A DNA stretch of 64,000 nt, taken from Bugula neritina (lineage: Eukaryota > Animalia > Bryozoa). Below the pieces are notes generated by a model. The model was not told the origin of the DNA. It saw only the letters and a program-made list of their open reading frames with translations, and ran no database searches. The position numbers and the translations under genes are program-made. Location: the NCBI GenBank assembly GCA_964035545.1, contig OZ037769.1, forward strand, positions 6,615,929-6,679,928, given 5' to 3'. The number at the start of each line of letters is the position of its first letter. The first letter of the stretch is position 1. Below are positions 38,980 to 53,300 of the stretch, in pieces.

Positions 38980-39086
38980 CTATGTAAAATTTAATTGCAT
39001 AATTTTGAAGAATGTGGTGTTAGAGAAGTAGATCGTAAACTCAATCAATTCTCACAAATCCTGACTCAATGAACTGGAAACGTTAT

Positions 39087-42000
39087 TGTTTTGTAATAAT
39101 TATCTTTTTATTTCTTAGTTTTTATATTTCTTCGAAAAGTGTACAAAGAATTTCAATCATCTCAGTTATTCCTTACAACAATTGTCGATTACATAACATC
39201 CCCCTTTCAAGCTATTGAAGGCTTTTAATCAAAATACAATAATTTTGTTACATTACCATTATTTTAAAATCTCTTAACCAAATGCATGTATGATCACATT
39301 TCAGAATTTCTTTTATGTATAACTTTAAAACTTGCAAATGTTTTTCTTTTCATCTTGGAGTATCATAGTCTTCTAGATATTTTGGCCTTTTCTTTAACCT
39401 CTGTGGCCTACCACTAGGTTCACTCATTTGGCTATATTGTGCCGTCTGATCTTTTGAAATTCCTGTAGTGGTAGACATACTCTGCTGTTTAGATTCTAAG
39501 TCACTACTAGGCATAGCTTGTTGGCTATTTTGAGCCGTTTGGCGTTCTGCAATGCTGGTAGCCTTTAATGGTAAGGGAGATTGCTTAGCTTTTGTTTCCT
39601 CTCTTTCCTCTATAGGAGTAACATTGCCCATGGCTATCAAAGCACTACGGTTTCTTATTATTGTTCCTGTTGGTGTCTGGACTTGGTAAGATCGAGGAGC
39701 TATGTTCTTCAGCACAACACCATCTTTCTTACTATCTCTCACATGAACAACATCATTTGGTTGGAGAATGAATAAATCTTTAGTCCTAAACCATTTGTCA
39801 TAATGCTTTTTAACATTTTCATTCTTGTCTCTCTCTTTGTTAGCCAGCTGTTCCATGTTTAACTGGACAGGTTTCAGTTTTTCAGGTAGTACTGGTAGGG
39901 TAGTCTGTATCAATCTCCCCATTAGCAGTTCTGATGGTGTATAGCCATTTTCTAACGGAGTAGCTCGATAATTTAGTAAAGCCAAATGTGGGTCTGAACT
40001 TCTCCACATTCGTTTGACTGTACCTACTGCTCTCTCTGCTTCACCATTAGCTTTAGGATATCGCGGTAAACTGGTGATGTGAATAAACCCATAAGTCATG
40101 GCAAAGTCGTGAAACTCTCTTGACGCAAATTGTGGTCCATTAGCGGACACTAGTATTTCACAAATACCATGAGTCGAAAATATAGACTTCATAGCTTCAA
40201 CTGTGGTAAAGCTACTTAGCGAGTTCAACTTTCTTACCTCTATCCATCGGCTAAAATAGTCTACAAGCACTAAATAATGCTTACTTTTATATTCAAACAG
40301 GTCGGCACCTAATTTCTGCCATGCTCGCTCAGGTAGAGTAGAAGGACATAATGGTTCAGTAGGAGTGCTTGAGTTCAAGCGACAAATTCTACAATTGGAA
40401 ACCATTTCTTGTATTTGAGTGGACATCCTTGGCCACCAAACTGAATTTCGTGCTCTTAGTCTACATTTGACAATACCCTGATGAGATTGATGTAATCTTT
40501 CTAGAATATTTAACCTCGATCTCAGCCACTGGTATTACAATGCGTTTGTCATACAGTAAGAGATCATCTACTACAGTCAAATGCATTTGCGCATTCCAAT
40601 ACGGATGTAGAGCTAGGTAGGCATCGGTCTTATAAGCTGTCCAGCCTTTCTTGCAACATCTCATTACTTCTTTAAGAACTTCATCATCATTCTGAGCCTG
40701 CTTTAGTCTACTAATTGTAGGGTGACTTCTGATCACCTGCTGAGCAAACTCTTCTACTGCTTCAATCAGTTTGCAGTCATCTGCACTTGGTGTGTCTACT
40801 GGTGATCTTGACAAAGCATCAGCCAGAAGATTAGCTTTTCCGGGAACATGTTTAAACGTTGGAGCATATCTCATCATTCTCAATCTCATTCTCAAAATTC
40901 TTGCTGGAACCTGATCAAGATCTTTGACTGTCATAATTGGTACTAGTGGTTTATGATCAGTTTCTAGAATGAACTCCATTCCTCGGATATATTGATCAAA
41001 TCTTTCACATGCCCACACAGCACCTAACGCTTCTTTTTCAATAGCTGCATAATTCTTTTCAGTGTCTGTTAGTGATCTAGATGCAAAGATAACTGGTCGT
41101 CGACTTCCATCTTTTTGTATCTGAAATAATGCAGCACCAAGACCAACATTACTGGCATCCGTGATAACAATTGTAGCCAGTTTTGGATTGTAATGTGCCA
41201 TAGTATTTGCTGAAGTTAATGTTCTTTTAATGGTGTTAAAAGCATTTTCTTGCTTCTCATCCCATATCCATTCCCTCTTCTCCTTCAGAAGTTCTCTCAT
41301 TGGCGCATTGATTGTAGCCAAGTTGGGAACAAATTTTGCCATTTGGTTTAACATTCCATTTAGCCTGCGCAACTCTGTGCGATTGGTAGGAGATGGAAAC
41401 TTTTCAATTGCTTTAATTTTAGCAGGATCGAGATTAACACCTGTTCCGTCAATTACATGACCTAGAAACACTATTGAACGTTTCCTGAACAGACATTTAC
41501 TAGAGTTTAATGTCAGGCCTGATTTCTCTAATACTTTCAGTACTTTTCGCAATCTAGCATCATGTTCTACAACATCCTTTCCATGGACTAATATGTCATC
41601 CATGTGACACACTATCCCTGAAATACCCTCTAGCACCCTTGACATTGCTCTCTGGAATATTTCTGGCGCACTGGCAATTCCAAAAGGCAGACGATTAAAA
41701 CAAAATCGTCCAAAGGGCGATAAGAATGTTGTTAGTTTTCTTGATTCTTCATCAAGTTTGATTTGCCAGAATCCACTGTTAGCATCTAGTTTACTAAACA
41801 CTGTGCTTCCACTTAACTTACTTAAGCTTTCCTCTACTGTAGCCATGGGGTGAATTTCTCTTTTCACCGCTGAATTTAGACCAGTGAGATCCACACATAG
41901 TCTCACATCTCCTGATGGTTTTACAATGGTGACCAAGCCACTGCACCATTCTGTAGCTTCTGAAATTGGTGATATTACTCCAGATTTGACCATTATCTGC

Positions 42001-43608
42001 AATTGCAGCTTTGCTTTATCTCGGAGTGGATGTGGTATATTTCTGGGCATATATATACATGTGGTTTGAGAATTAGACTGTAATGATATTTTGTAGGTAT
42101 AACCTTTTAGTAGACCTAACCCATCAAACAATTTTAGAAACTCACTTTTGAATGGAACATTCAGAGAATGTTTTGAGTTAATGGCTTCTACAGTATTGTT
42201 TTCTGAAATGTTATAAGTTATGAGATTCAGTTCTGCACATGCTGATCTACTAAGCAATGAAGTCTTTTGGATTTTGATTACATATATTAGCTCTGAGCAT
42301 GACTCGTTGTTGTACTTCATATCATGAGCCTTGAATGTGCCAATGACATCTATTTTCTTACCCCCTGGGCCTCTTAAAATAGTGTTGGGTTTGTTCAGAT
42401 TAACATGTTTTAGCCATGGTTCATCACAGCTAATCACCGTTCCATCTGCACCAGTGTCTAGCTTGAATAGTGTGTTGTGACCATTTACAGAGACCTTTGC
42501 TGTCCAGGCGTCTACTTGACCTATTTTCAGCTCGCCTGTAAACTGGAAGTCCTCTTTTTGTACTTCACTGACGGCTTTAGACCTACAGCATCTACTATAA
42601 TGGCCTTTTTGTGACATTTGTGACACTCTGCATTCTTAGCTGAGCAGTCGTCTTTCAAATGCGCACTTTTCCCACACCTGCCACATAGTTTGTTGGTGGT
42701 ATATGTTGAAGTTTTACTTTTACCAAGTTTGTTAGGTTGGTTAGTGCCTTTCGAGGTACTCTTGCCTCCTGCTACATGTTTTCGAAATTTATTGGTACTT
42801 GCAGCCACTGTGTCTATGTGTGACTGTGATGAGGTGCTAGCTCCCAATGAACTCATTGCATTTGAGGTAACCTCTTGAGCTCTGCAAAGAGTGACTGCTG
42901 CTGCCAATGTAAGCCCATTCCCTTTGAATATAAGCTTCTTGCGCATTGCATCATCTCTCAGCCCTAAGACTATTCGATCCATTAACATTTCATTCAGTGG
43001 CATCTCACCCTCACCTATAGCTTGATAGTTAAAGTTGCAATGACGTGCTAACGATCTTATTTCCGCATAAAAAGCATCAAAGCTCTCACCTGGCAATTGA
43101 GATCTTGTGTTGAATTTATACCTTTCATGTATGGTAATTTTTCTCCAACACATAATTGCTCCAAAATTTCAAGAATCGTCTCGCAATTTCTATTTTCAGC
43201 ATATCTAGCTGACGATTCAACTACTTTTGTTGCATCTGGTCCAGCAGTATACAACAGAAATTCTCTTTGATACTCTGGGCTCTCATTGTCTAGCCTGGAT
43301 AATATATAAAAAGAAGTCCATCTTGACTTGAAAACATTGAAGTTTTTTTTCTCTATCAATATCCAGCACTAGTGACACAGGTGGATCGATTCTTGGTAGC
43401 TGTCTGGTTCCTTGAACCGCGACAGGTTGCTGTAAAGGTTGCTCACCACTGTTAGATGTGGTAGCCATCGTATGCACCGCATTTACGCTGCCACCATGTT
43501 TTGTAATAATTATCTTTTTATTTCTTAGTTTTTATATTTCTTCGAAAAGTGTAAAAAGAATTTCAATCATCTCAGTTATTCCTTACAACAATTGTTGATT
43601 ACATAACA
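39087..43608 (-). mobile_element. Decayed Ty3/Gypsy LTR retrotransposon, Mag-like
   Basis: 112-bp LTRs at 39087-39198 and 43497-43608 (2 mismatches); 5-bp TSD GTTAT; PBS TGGTGGCAGCG (tRNA-Leu) at 43486-43496; PPT AAAGGGGGA at 39199-39207; two CCHC-type knuckles. Confidence 0.96.
39350..43469 (-). pseudogene. Frameshifted gag-pol of Gypsy element 2
   Basis: Five consecutive ORF pieces (IDPP.., ERYKF, CGRCG..H, LDTGA, HMDD, DAS, GADLF); frameshifts near 43345, 43140, 42608 and 40520; integrase SDNG changed to SANG. Confidence 0.9.
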
Positions 43609-44039
43609 GTTATTAGTAACTCCACAGGGTCCAAGTTGGAAATATTGCTAATTCAAGGACAGAGTGCTTCTTAGATTGCCTGGTTTCGATATACAAAAAT
43701 ATGTCTAAAAATTCATGCTATTCGTATCATTATTGTTTACCTAGTTGTACTTATGGGGCCTATTTTCTTACGTATGCTATTTGGTTGTAGTTGTTGCACC
43801 TGTGAGATTAGTCAGACTGACGCGACTACGTAGCAATCATAAAATAGCACAGCACAACAACTATAAACATTATTTATAATTCACAGTGTCGTGATCGAAT
43901 GATTTATTGCGCTTTTAACTATAACTTGTGAAGGCAGTCAATGTTAGCTATTAAATAGATTTCAACAACACTAGTGCTTTCAGCATTTCATTTAGTGGTG
44001 ATTAAGGTTATGTTACAGCACTTAGATAATATTGTAATA

Positions 44040-44210
44040 TTTACATTATTTTATACTATTCATATTATGTTATACTATTTATATTATGTTATACTGTTTA
44101 TATTATGTGATACTATTCACATTATATTATACTATTTATATTATGTTATACTATTTATATATTATGTTATTCACATTATGTTATGCTATTTATATTATGT
44201 TATATTATTT
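44040..44210. repeat. ~20-bp AT-rich minisatellite (TATATTATGTTATACTATT)n
   Basis: Visible just upstream of the IFI27-like first coding exon. Confidence 0.8.
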
Positions 44211-44215
44211 AGATT

Positions 44216-45559
<1,344 letters not shown>

Positions 45560-48500
45560 ACTAATGAAATACATAGCCAGCACACTGGTAATGAAAAGAT
45601 ACTTGATATTAAGGAATAATTCTCAATACATATTCTAAAAACTTGACTAATTTAAATGTGGGAGTGCAGCATTTTGCAAACTTCCTCTATATATAACTCT
45701 CACTCTGGTAATTAGCAGTTACTGTGGTTGTACAGCTAGTTCATGTTTGTCATCTTGTGAAGGTGATTTGTAGTAATTTTGTTTTCATTTTATCTCTTGC
45801 ATGTGGAATGGGTTTTTATACCTATCATATTATAGTACTGCTTAAAAGATAGTATACTTACAGTCAATACAGAGTGGCTCAGAATAAAGATTTTGTTGAC
45901 TATATAGTAGATATAAAACCACTTGGTTGTCTCTTTGTGTGCATCTGAATGAAGTACAGTTTATTTTGCACTTCTTCTAGTGGTAATGTAAATAATGCAA
46001 CATGAGATTTTCACTGTGTAGACTACTTGTCTAATTGAACCCTTCAACGCTCAATGGCTGAACTAGTCAGTATGAGTATTTTGATAAAGATGAAATTTGA
46101 TGCTAGACGAGTCCATTGTAAAATCTAAAGAATGTTTTGCCTTGCCGAACATCATAATTATTATTATATAACATGATATTATTTGTTTTACAACACACAA
46201 TAGTTTTAGTTCAATGTGTAATCAATGCTAGTAGATATTTTGTACAGTTACTGAAGCATGGTGTACTAAAGGGTCAAGTTTCACTCATTATTATATCTCA
46301 TATATGCTCATATATGCTCAGAAACTATCTAACCATCATATGCTTGCAAAAAGTCTCCCAAGTGTATATCTAGCTCTCATACTTTCATTTATCTCCCTTC
46401 CATGCTCATTTTCCAGTCTCATACCTCTATTATGTACTCTATTAGTATAATAATTACTTGAAGAAAAAGCAAATTAACTGGTAATTCGAAAGTTGAATAG
46501 TATAAGTTATCGAAAATAGTCTGATAACATGTCATTTGTCCAAATGCTTTCAAAAATGCATAATATGCATACTATAGGAAAAAACTAGCAGCTTCTACCA
46601 CTTTGGCCATAGTAGGAAAAAATAAAAAAAAAAGTAGTACTCTCTGCTAGATTTAGTGAAAGAGTAAAATATTATCATATATGCATGTTAAAGTTGAAGA
46701 CTATGCCATTATTTTATTTATTCAGATTTCCCACAAATTTATTTTTCCAAAAGAATTACATATAGAATAATAGAAAATATTGCATTGAAACTTGGTGACA
46801 ACAATAAAAACCAGTTTGCAAAACTAAGCAAGAAAATAATTCAAGTACAAAAATAATTGAAAACTTACAAATTTGAAAGCAAATTTTTATACATTTTGAA
46901 AAGAGGATCAAATTTTAAGTCAATTTATTTGAATATAACAAAAAGCAGATTATAATATTATTATATTTTGTGTGAATAAAATCGGAGCTACACTACAGTA
47001 AGGGCTAGTATTATATATTATAATGCAGCATTTATGAACTGTTACAATTAAAAAATATATAAGTGTGTGTAGAAAAATCAGTTGTTGTCATAGTTAGCAA
47101 AGCTCATAAATTAAGTCAGAAATAGAAGATAATTTATTCACAGGGTACAAACATGATCATCATATTTGGAGCTCATCAAGAGACAATATGTTAGCTAGCA
47201 ACTAGCCCAATCAACAGGTATTACTAAGTGATTGACAGGTGCCATTAGGTGCCAGCTAATAATCTACTATCCTTCCAAAATTAGAAGTAAATCTACAATT
47301 TCAGAAATATTTTAAAATTATTATGCTAGTGTTGGTAAAGCCCTGATACAAGTTAAAAGCATCTATAACTAGGACAGTGGCTAAAATATCTTAATGCTAG
47401 GGGCTATTACTTTATTGATAATGAGTTGTAAAAGCTTTTTCTCAATGAAATCCAAACCGTTGAGAAATTTCTCTCAGGATAGAATGAATGCTATTAGACA
47501 AAAGGTGTGTTGAGCTTATATAAGGGTGGAGCACATCAGGTTGAAAATGTTAATTATTAATTTGAACAAAGTTGGCATACAGAGTGATGTTCTTTTAATA
47601 GAAATATTTGTTGTCTAAAAATATCTGTCGTCTAAAAATACTGTGATGGATCAGAACTGGAGATGACATACCCTGTAGTGATAGATAATAGTTTATCATA
47701 GAACTATACATATATAGGGATTCTACTACTAATGCATAAATACAACATCTGCTAGCTTTTCCGCTCCATTGCATTCTACAGTGCGCATGAACTAGCTGAC
47801 ATTATTTATATATAGTATAATGAGGTGAGTAATCAATGTAAGCAACTATTTCGAAAAAATGATGATTCGAAAATAACATGCCAATAACAAGTATAATGGA
47901 AGTGCATGCCAGGCACATGCAGGCTAATATTAGATGAGCTAGTATGATATTTATTATACTATATAGTATAAATACCATTATGGGGTAGAGTATTGCTAAA
48001 CTAATTTTGGAATTAATTAGGTACAATAAATATTTAAAGGACATCCTGTTTATAAAAACCCTGAATATATACCTACAATAGTAAATGGGCATACGTATGT
48101 GGATTCATGATGTTTAAATGGATGTATGCGGTTTTTGCAAGTATTTTGTCAACAAATTGCCATATGAGCTGAATATTCAGCTGCTTATAAACAATAGTAT
48201 ATATAACCTGGTTGCTAAGTTGTACATTCATAAAATCTGAGCTATTTACTATGATTTGCTAAATGGTAACCCCACCTTATAACAAAAAAAGTGGATTGCC
48301 TACACCCCATTGATGACAATTATAGCATTAATGTGATAAAAGGTAGCAAATTGTTAGCAACTTGCATATTATATCTAAGTTGATAACATTCTTCGTATAA
48401 CTCAACTATCCAGAGGATCAATGTTACATAGGGGCTTGCATGAAGATAGAAATACTGGCCCTAATGACTAATCCCTTTTATCAATTGATTATTAAGCTAA

Positions 48501-48777
48501 TTCATGCCGGTATTAGATATTAAAGAAATTAGAAATCTAGGCAATTTGAAGATATAAGTTCGGCAATTTAATAATGCCAATTATCCATCTTAACATTAGT
48601 AAGTTTTAGATAACATCTCAATTAACAACACAAATATTATTTAAGTTTCGAAGTTTAGCACAATCACAAACAAGACTCATGCTTGTAACAACTTTAGCAG
48701 ATCAAACATTTGTCGAGATGTGTGACAGGCACAACAGTGGATGTGTGCAGTGAAACAAATGATAGGCTATTGCAAGT

Positions 48778-49285
48778 GGTGACATGACTATTTGAAAATG
48801 ACAATGGGAAACACCTATTTGGAAAACAGACAAATATCACCAATAGACAACTTGAAAATAGATAATTAGCAAATGGACAATTGGGAAATGGATGTTTCGA
48901 AAATGACATTTGGAAAATGAAGAATATTGAACATAGCTCAGTCTGGAGGGAAGTTCAGCATCTGGCCGAGTCAAAAACAGCTTTTGAAAAAAACATGAAG
49001 ACCGAATCAGTTAAACTTATCATGTACGTAGAATTAGTTACCGAATAGTTCCAATTAAAAACTGCCGATGTTTACAAAAAGCTATTTTGAACCTGGCCAG
49101 ATGCTAAATGCCCCCTCCAAACTAGGCCATGTTGAATATCCGTCATTTTTCAAATATCATTTTCGAAAAGTCTATTTTCCAATAGTCCATTTGCTAATTG
49201 TCTATTTTTGAGTTGTCTATTGGTGATTTGGCTGTTTTCCATATAGGTGTTTTCCAAATTGTCATTTTCGAAATGTCGTGGATTC
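48778..49285. mobile_element. Foldback/Mutator-like non-autonomous element
   Basis: ~210-bp imperfect inverted arms built partly of ~15-bp subrepeats (TTGGAAAATGACA-like); 9-bp flanking direct repeat ATTGCAAGT (48769-48777, 49286-49294). Confidence 0.8.
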
Positions 49286-50313
49286 ATTGCAAGTAGCTAA
49301 TATTCATCAATGTGAGTGATTGCAATGCGTAGAGAAAGCTGGTGAGATAGTACAAGCATGATTCAGAAATGTATTATATTTAAAGCTAGAAGACACAGAA
49401 ACAAATACTGTATTCAGCACGACATGAATATAAAAATAGCTGGTGAATAATAAAATTAACAAATATGATTAAGGTGCTCACATAGAATTATAGAAAATAA
49501 TTGTCAAAAGTAACTATAAAAATACAACTGAAATATTAAACAAAAAGTTATTATAATTGAGAGTCCACCGATTTCAGTGCATTTGATGAGCCTTAAAAGT
49601 GTGTAGAACAATGTTAAATTTTATTATGCTAAAACTGTATACATGTATTGTACAAACACACCATTATAAATAAAACACTAGATCTTTCAGTGAGTATTTT
49701 ATTAAACATCCTGAAGGAAAACTTTCTACTTTGCGCATATATGTTGCAAAATAATACATTTTTCAAATGCGCTGACTAAACTCATCACAACATGATTGAT
49801 ACTGTATGAAAATATCTCTAAAATGTATGTACAAGTCTTTGCTCATGTCTAAAATATAGTACAATCCTGAGATTGCTTGAGTTCAAGTGCCTGGTACAAC
49901 TATACAAATATAACAGGCAGTGTCACTATAGATATAAGATATGACAACTACAACATGTGTCACCAGGTGCTTGGTGATAACAAAACAACAAAGGTCTAAA
50001 GCGGAATTGTCAACATGATCACATTGAAAAAATGTTCATACAGAATATTAGGTGTAAAGATCTTAGAGTGTAGAGATAAAACATAACATGTGAAACACAG
50101 CAGGCAAGCGTTTGTGTAATAGACAAAACAGAAAAATTAGTCACGTTAATCAGACAACACCAAACAGGAATATTAAAATATATATTGTGAGAGGGGAGTT
50201 GTCTGCACGAGAGCACGAGGTATTTTACCTAAACTGGGCGGAGTCTAGCAGCTCACTGGTGACACACATGTCGAGGATGAGTCACACATTGCTTCTTGAT
50301 GAGCGGCGTTGTC

Positions 50314-53300
50314 CTATTCACTCTTAGCTTTAGTACCATCGGTAGGGGAAGTGGGGGGAGGGGCTGGTGCCAGCGTAGCCTCAGGGTTAGCTGAGTCACT
50401 TGATAGTTTGGTGCTGGGCACGTCTCGACTTGACCTTCTTTCTAGCAGAGAAGAGTCGCTACTGTGTTCTTGGCTGTAATACGTGGTGAACAAGGCAGCG
50501 TACTCGGGCATGTCGGCAGCACAAGCCTTGAAATCGTCTGCAATAAAGAAAAGTGGAACAGCTATAGTAAAACATGACTTCCAGAATAACTCTAATGAAT
50601 CAATGGGTGATTATATAATAAAAATAATAAGAAAACTATAATTAGTAATGTTGCAATAAGTTGACATGTTATAATATGTTAATTTTCCAAAAACATGCAA
50701 AAGTATTTTTTTTTAAAAAAGTATTCAAGAAACACTAGTATATCAAAATATATTGATGTTACCAAAAGTCAGTTTGCCAGATTGAGACGAGTCCAGCTTT
50801 TCAAACAGGGCATCAGCCTCTTCTTTTTCAGTAATCAAAATATTCATCAGTAAATCAGCAAACTCTGATTGGCTAACGTATCCCTAGACACAACATTACA
50901 CGACATCATAATTACAGAGTGCATGTAGCAAATAACTGAATGATATCTTCTACAGCTGAGAGGTGCTACAACGTCAGTTAGAAGTGTTGAAAATTTGACT
51001 AAGCAATTATATGAAGTACTTTAAAAATAAATAATTCCCACATTAAAACTTTGCATTTTAAGACATGTATAGCTCTAGTTAACTCGACTATTAACTAACA
51101 ACAAAGTTGATTAACTGAAATTGTCTTTCATAACAGTGTTGGGTGAAAGCTGGTTCATCACTTAATGAGAAGACAACTGAATGCATTAAGGAGGAAAAGC
51201 TCAATAAAATGAGGAGACAACCCTTAATTAGTTGAGGGATTGACATTGAACAAAAGCTGGATGTTCCATAATTTCATATTATCCCTCCCTATATTTTAGT
51301 TGAAAAATGTCTTATAATTTCGAAAGTTTTTAATGTATTTATTTCTTAAAAGAGTGGAAAACTATTCATAATATTATAGGATTATAATATTGCAATATTA
51401 GGTACTAAGTTCGCAAAGTTAACAAATTATAGTAACTCAAATATACCGTATACAAAGGATATTAGATTAATACTCACATCCCCATCTTTATCAAACAGCT
51501 TGAAAGCTAGTCTGATAGAGTCGTCTGCTCTTGCTGGTTCCGATATTAAAGACATGCCTATGACATACTCCCTGAAGTCAATGTTACCAGAACCATCCTA
51601 ATGAAAATACAAACTTTAACAAGTAAGGAATTACCAATACACATGTCGAAATATTATAGTAATACATTCTAATATACATGCTGAAATATAGTAGTATAGT
51701 ACGACATACTCTGTCATACATGCTGAAGAGTTGACTGAGAGTCTCACTGACTGGAAGGTCCATATACTTAGCGAATGTTTTCAAGTCCACCTGACCTTCG
51801 CTGTCACTGAGCTGAGAAATATCTCCAAACTTTCCCAGTAAACTGCGTAGATCTTCATAAGAGAGTCTACAACAGTAAAGTTGCCTTTATACCTTCACGA
51901 TTTTCGGTCAAAAATTCAATTTGGCCGGGTTGAAATTTCTCCAAGTTGCATTGCATTGTAAAAGCCACTCGTTGAAATTTTTGTACTGTGATAACTTAAT
52001 CGGCCAATTTTAGAATAGGAGTAATAACTCCTTGTAAACATCGTTATTTAGTTATTACTTTGGCGATTAGACAACGTACTTATACGGTTATAATTATATA
52101 GCCTACGCCTTCTCAATTATCACTTTTATGCTGTCCGCTTCACTAATTCACGACGTTTACAAAGGGCATCAAATAGCTATTATGCGAGTCAAATTTCAAT
52201 TTCAGAAAGTGAGCGACCGCATCAATATGATTTCAACGAGTTTCAGTTTGACTATAAAGGGGTACTCGGACAAGCATTATTAACTTAAACTCGGTACTTT
52301 TTTCAGCAGAGGTATAAACGCAACTTAAGCCATTCACACTCGCATCAATTTCACACATTTCTCAAAAATTATACTAACTTTTATCCTAGTTATGCATATG
52401 ACAAAACAAGCTGGTGTTAATTTCTTTACAACATTCATTCACAAATACTTGAAACAGTAGCAACCCATTAGAAAATAGTTCAATGCTTCAATAGTCACAA
52501 TAACATAACATAATTAACAAAGAAGTAAATAGAGGTAAATATTACAAATGAATGTGAAACAAAACTTATTTGTTTAGTTGAACTGAAATGACCTTTAGTC
52601 AATTAACACTAGATAGACATGTATTGTAAGTCTTGCGTAGTACACTAAACCTATAACAGGTGAAGTATGTCAGTAGGTAGTTCATGAGGAGAGAATACTT
52701 TCAACAAAACAATGTGTCCACAGAAGTATATTAATAAGCTTCAAGAAGCACAAAATATAACATTTCAACATTTGTTACATTCACTATTGCCTATGAGATG
52801 CCTTGCCACAATTGTATTCCTTTGGGCAATCAAGATATCATAACTGTTCCAAGTATTTACCCCAACTTTTTCTGCATCTTCCTGAACTCCACCAAGCCAT
52901 CTCTTAATCTAAGGTTAGCCTTAGCAGCATGTTCCATTAGCCTGCAATCTTCAAATGTGTGGTCAGTAACTGGTACCTGCCAATATAATAGTATCACAGG
53001 CTATATTTACAGAACTATATAAACTTTGTTGAAAAGGTGAGATTAGCGCAAAAATGAAGGAAATTAATATAATTATTATATTATGTGATAGCTGCTATTT
53101 TTAAGTACCCCAGTCACTATTAGTACTAATAGTAATACTAATAGTAGTATGACTATTAGTAATACTACTACTAGTAGCACTAATAATAGTAGCGCTACTA
53201 GTACTACTACTGCTGCTGGTGTTGGCTGTTGTAGTAGCAGCAGCAGTGCTAGTATAAGTGAAGTGTGAGAACTATCAGCAAATATACTACTACAGTAACA

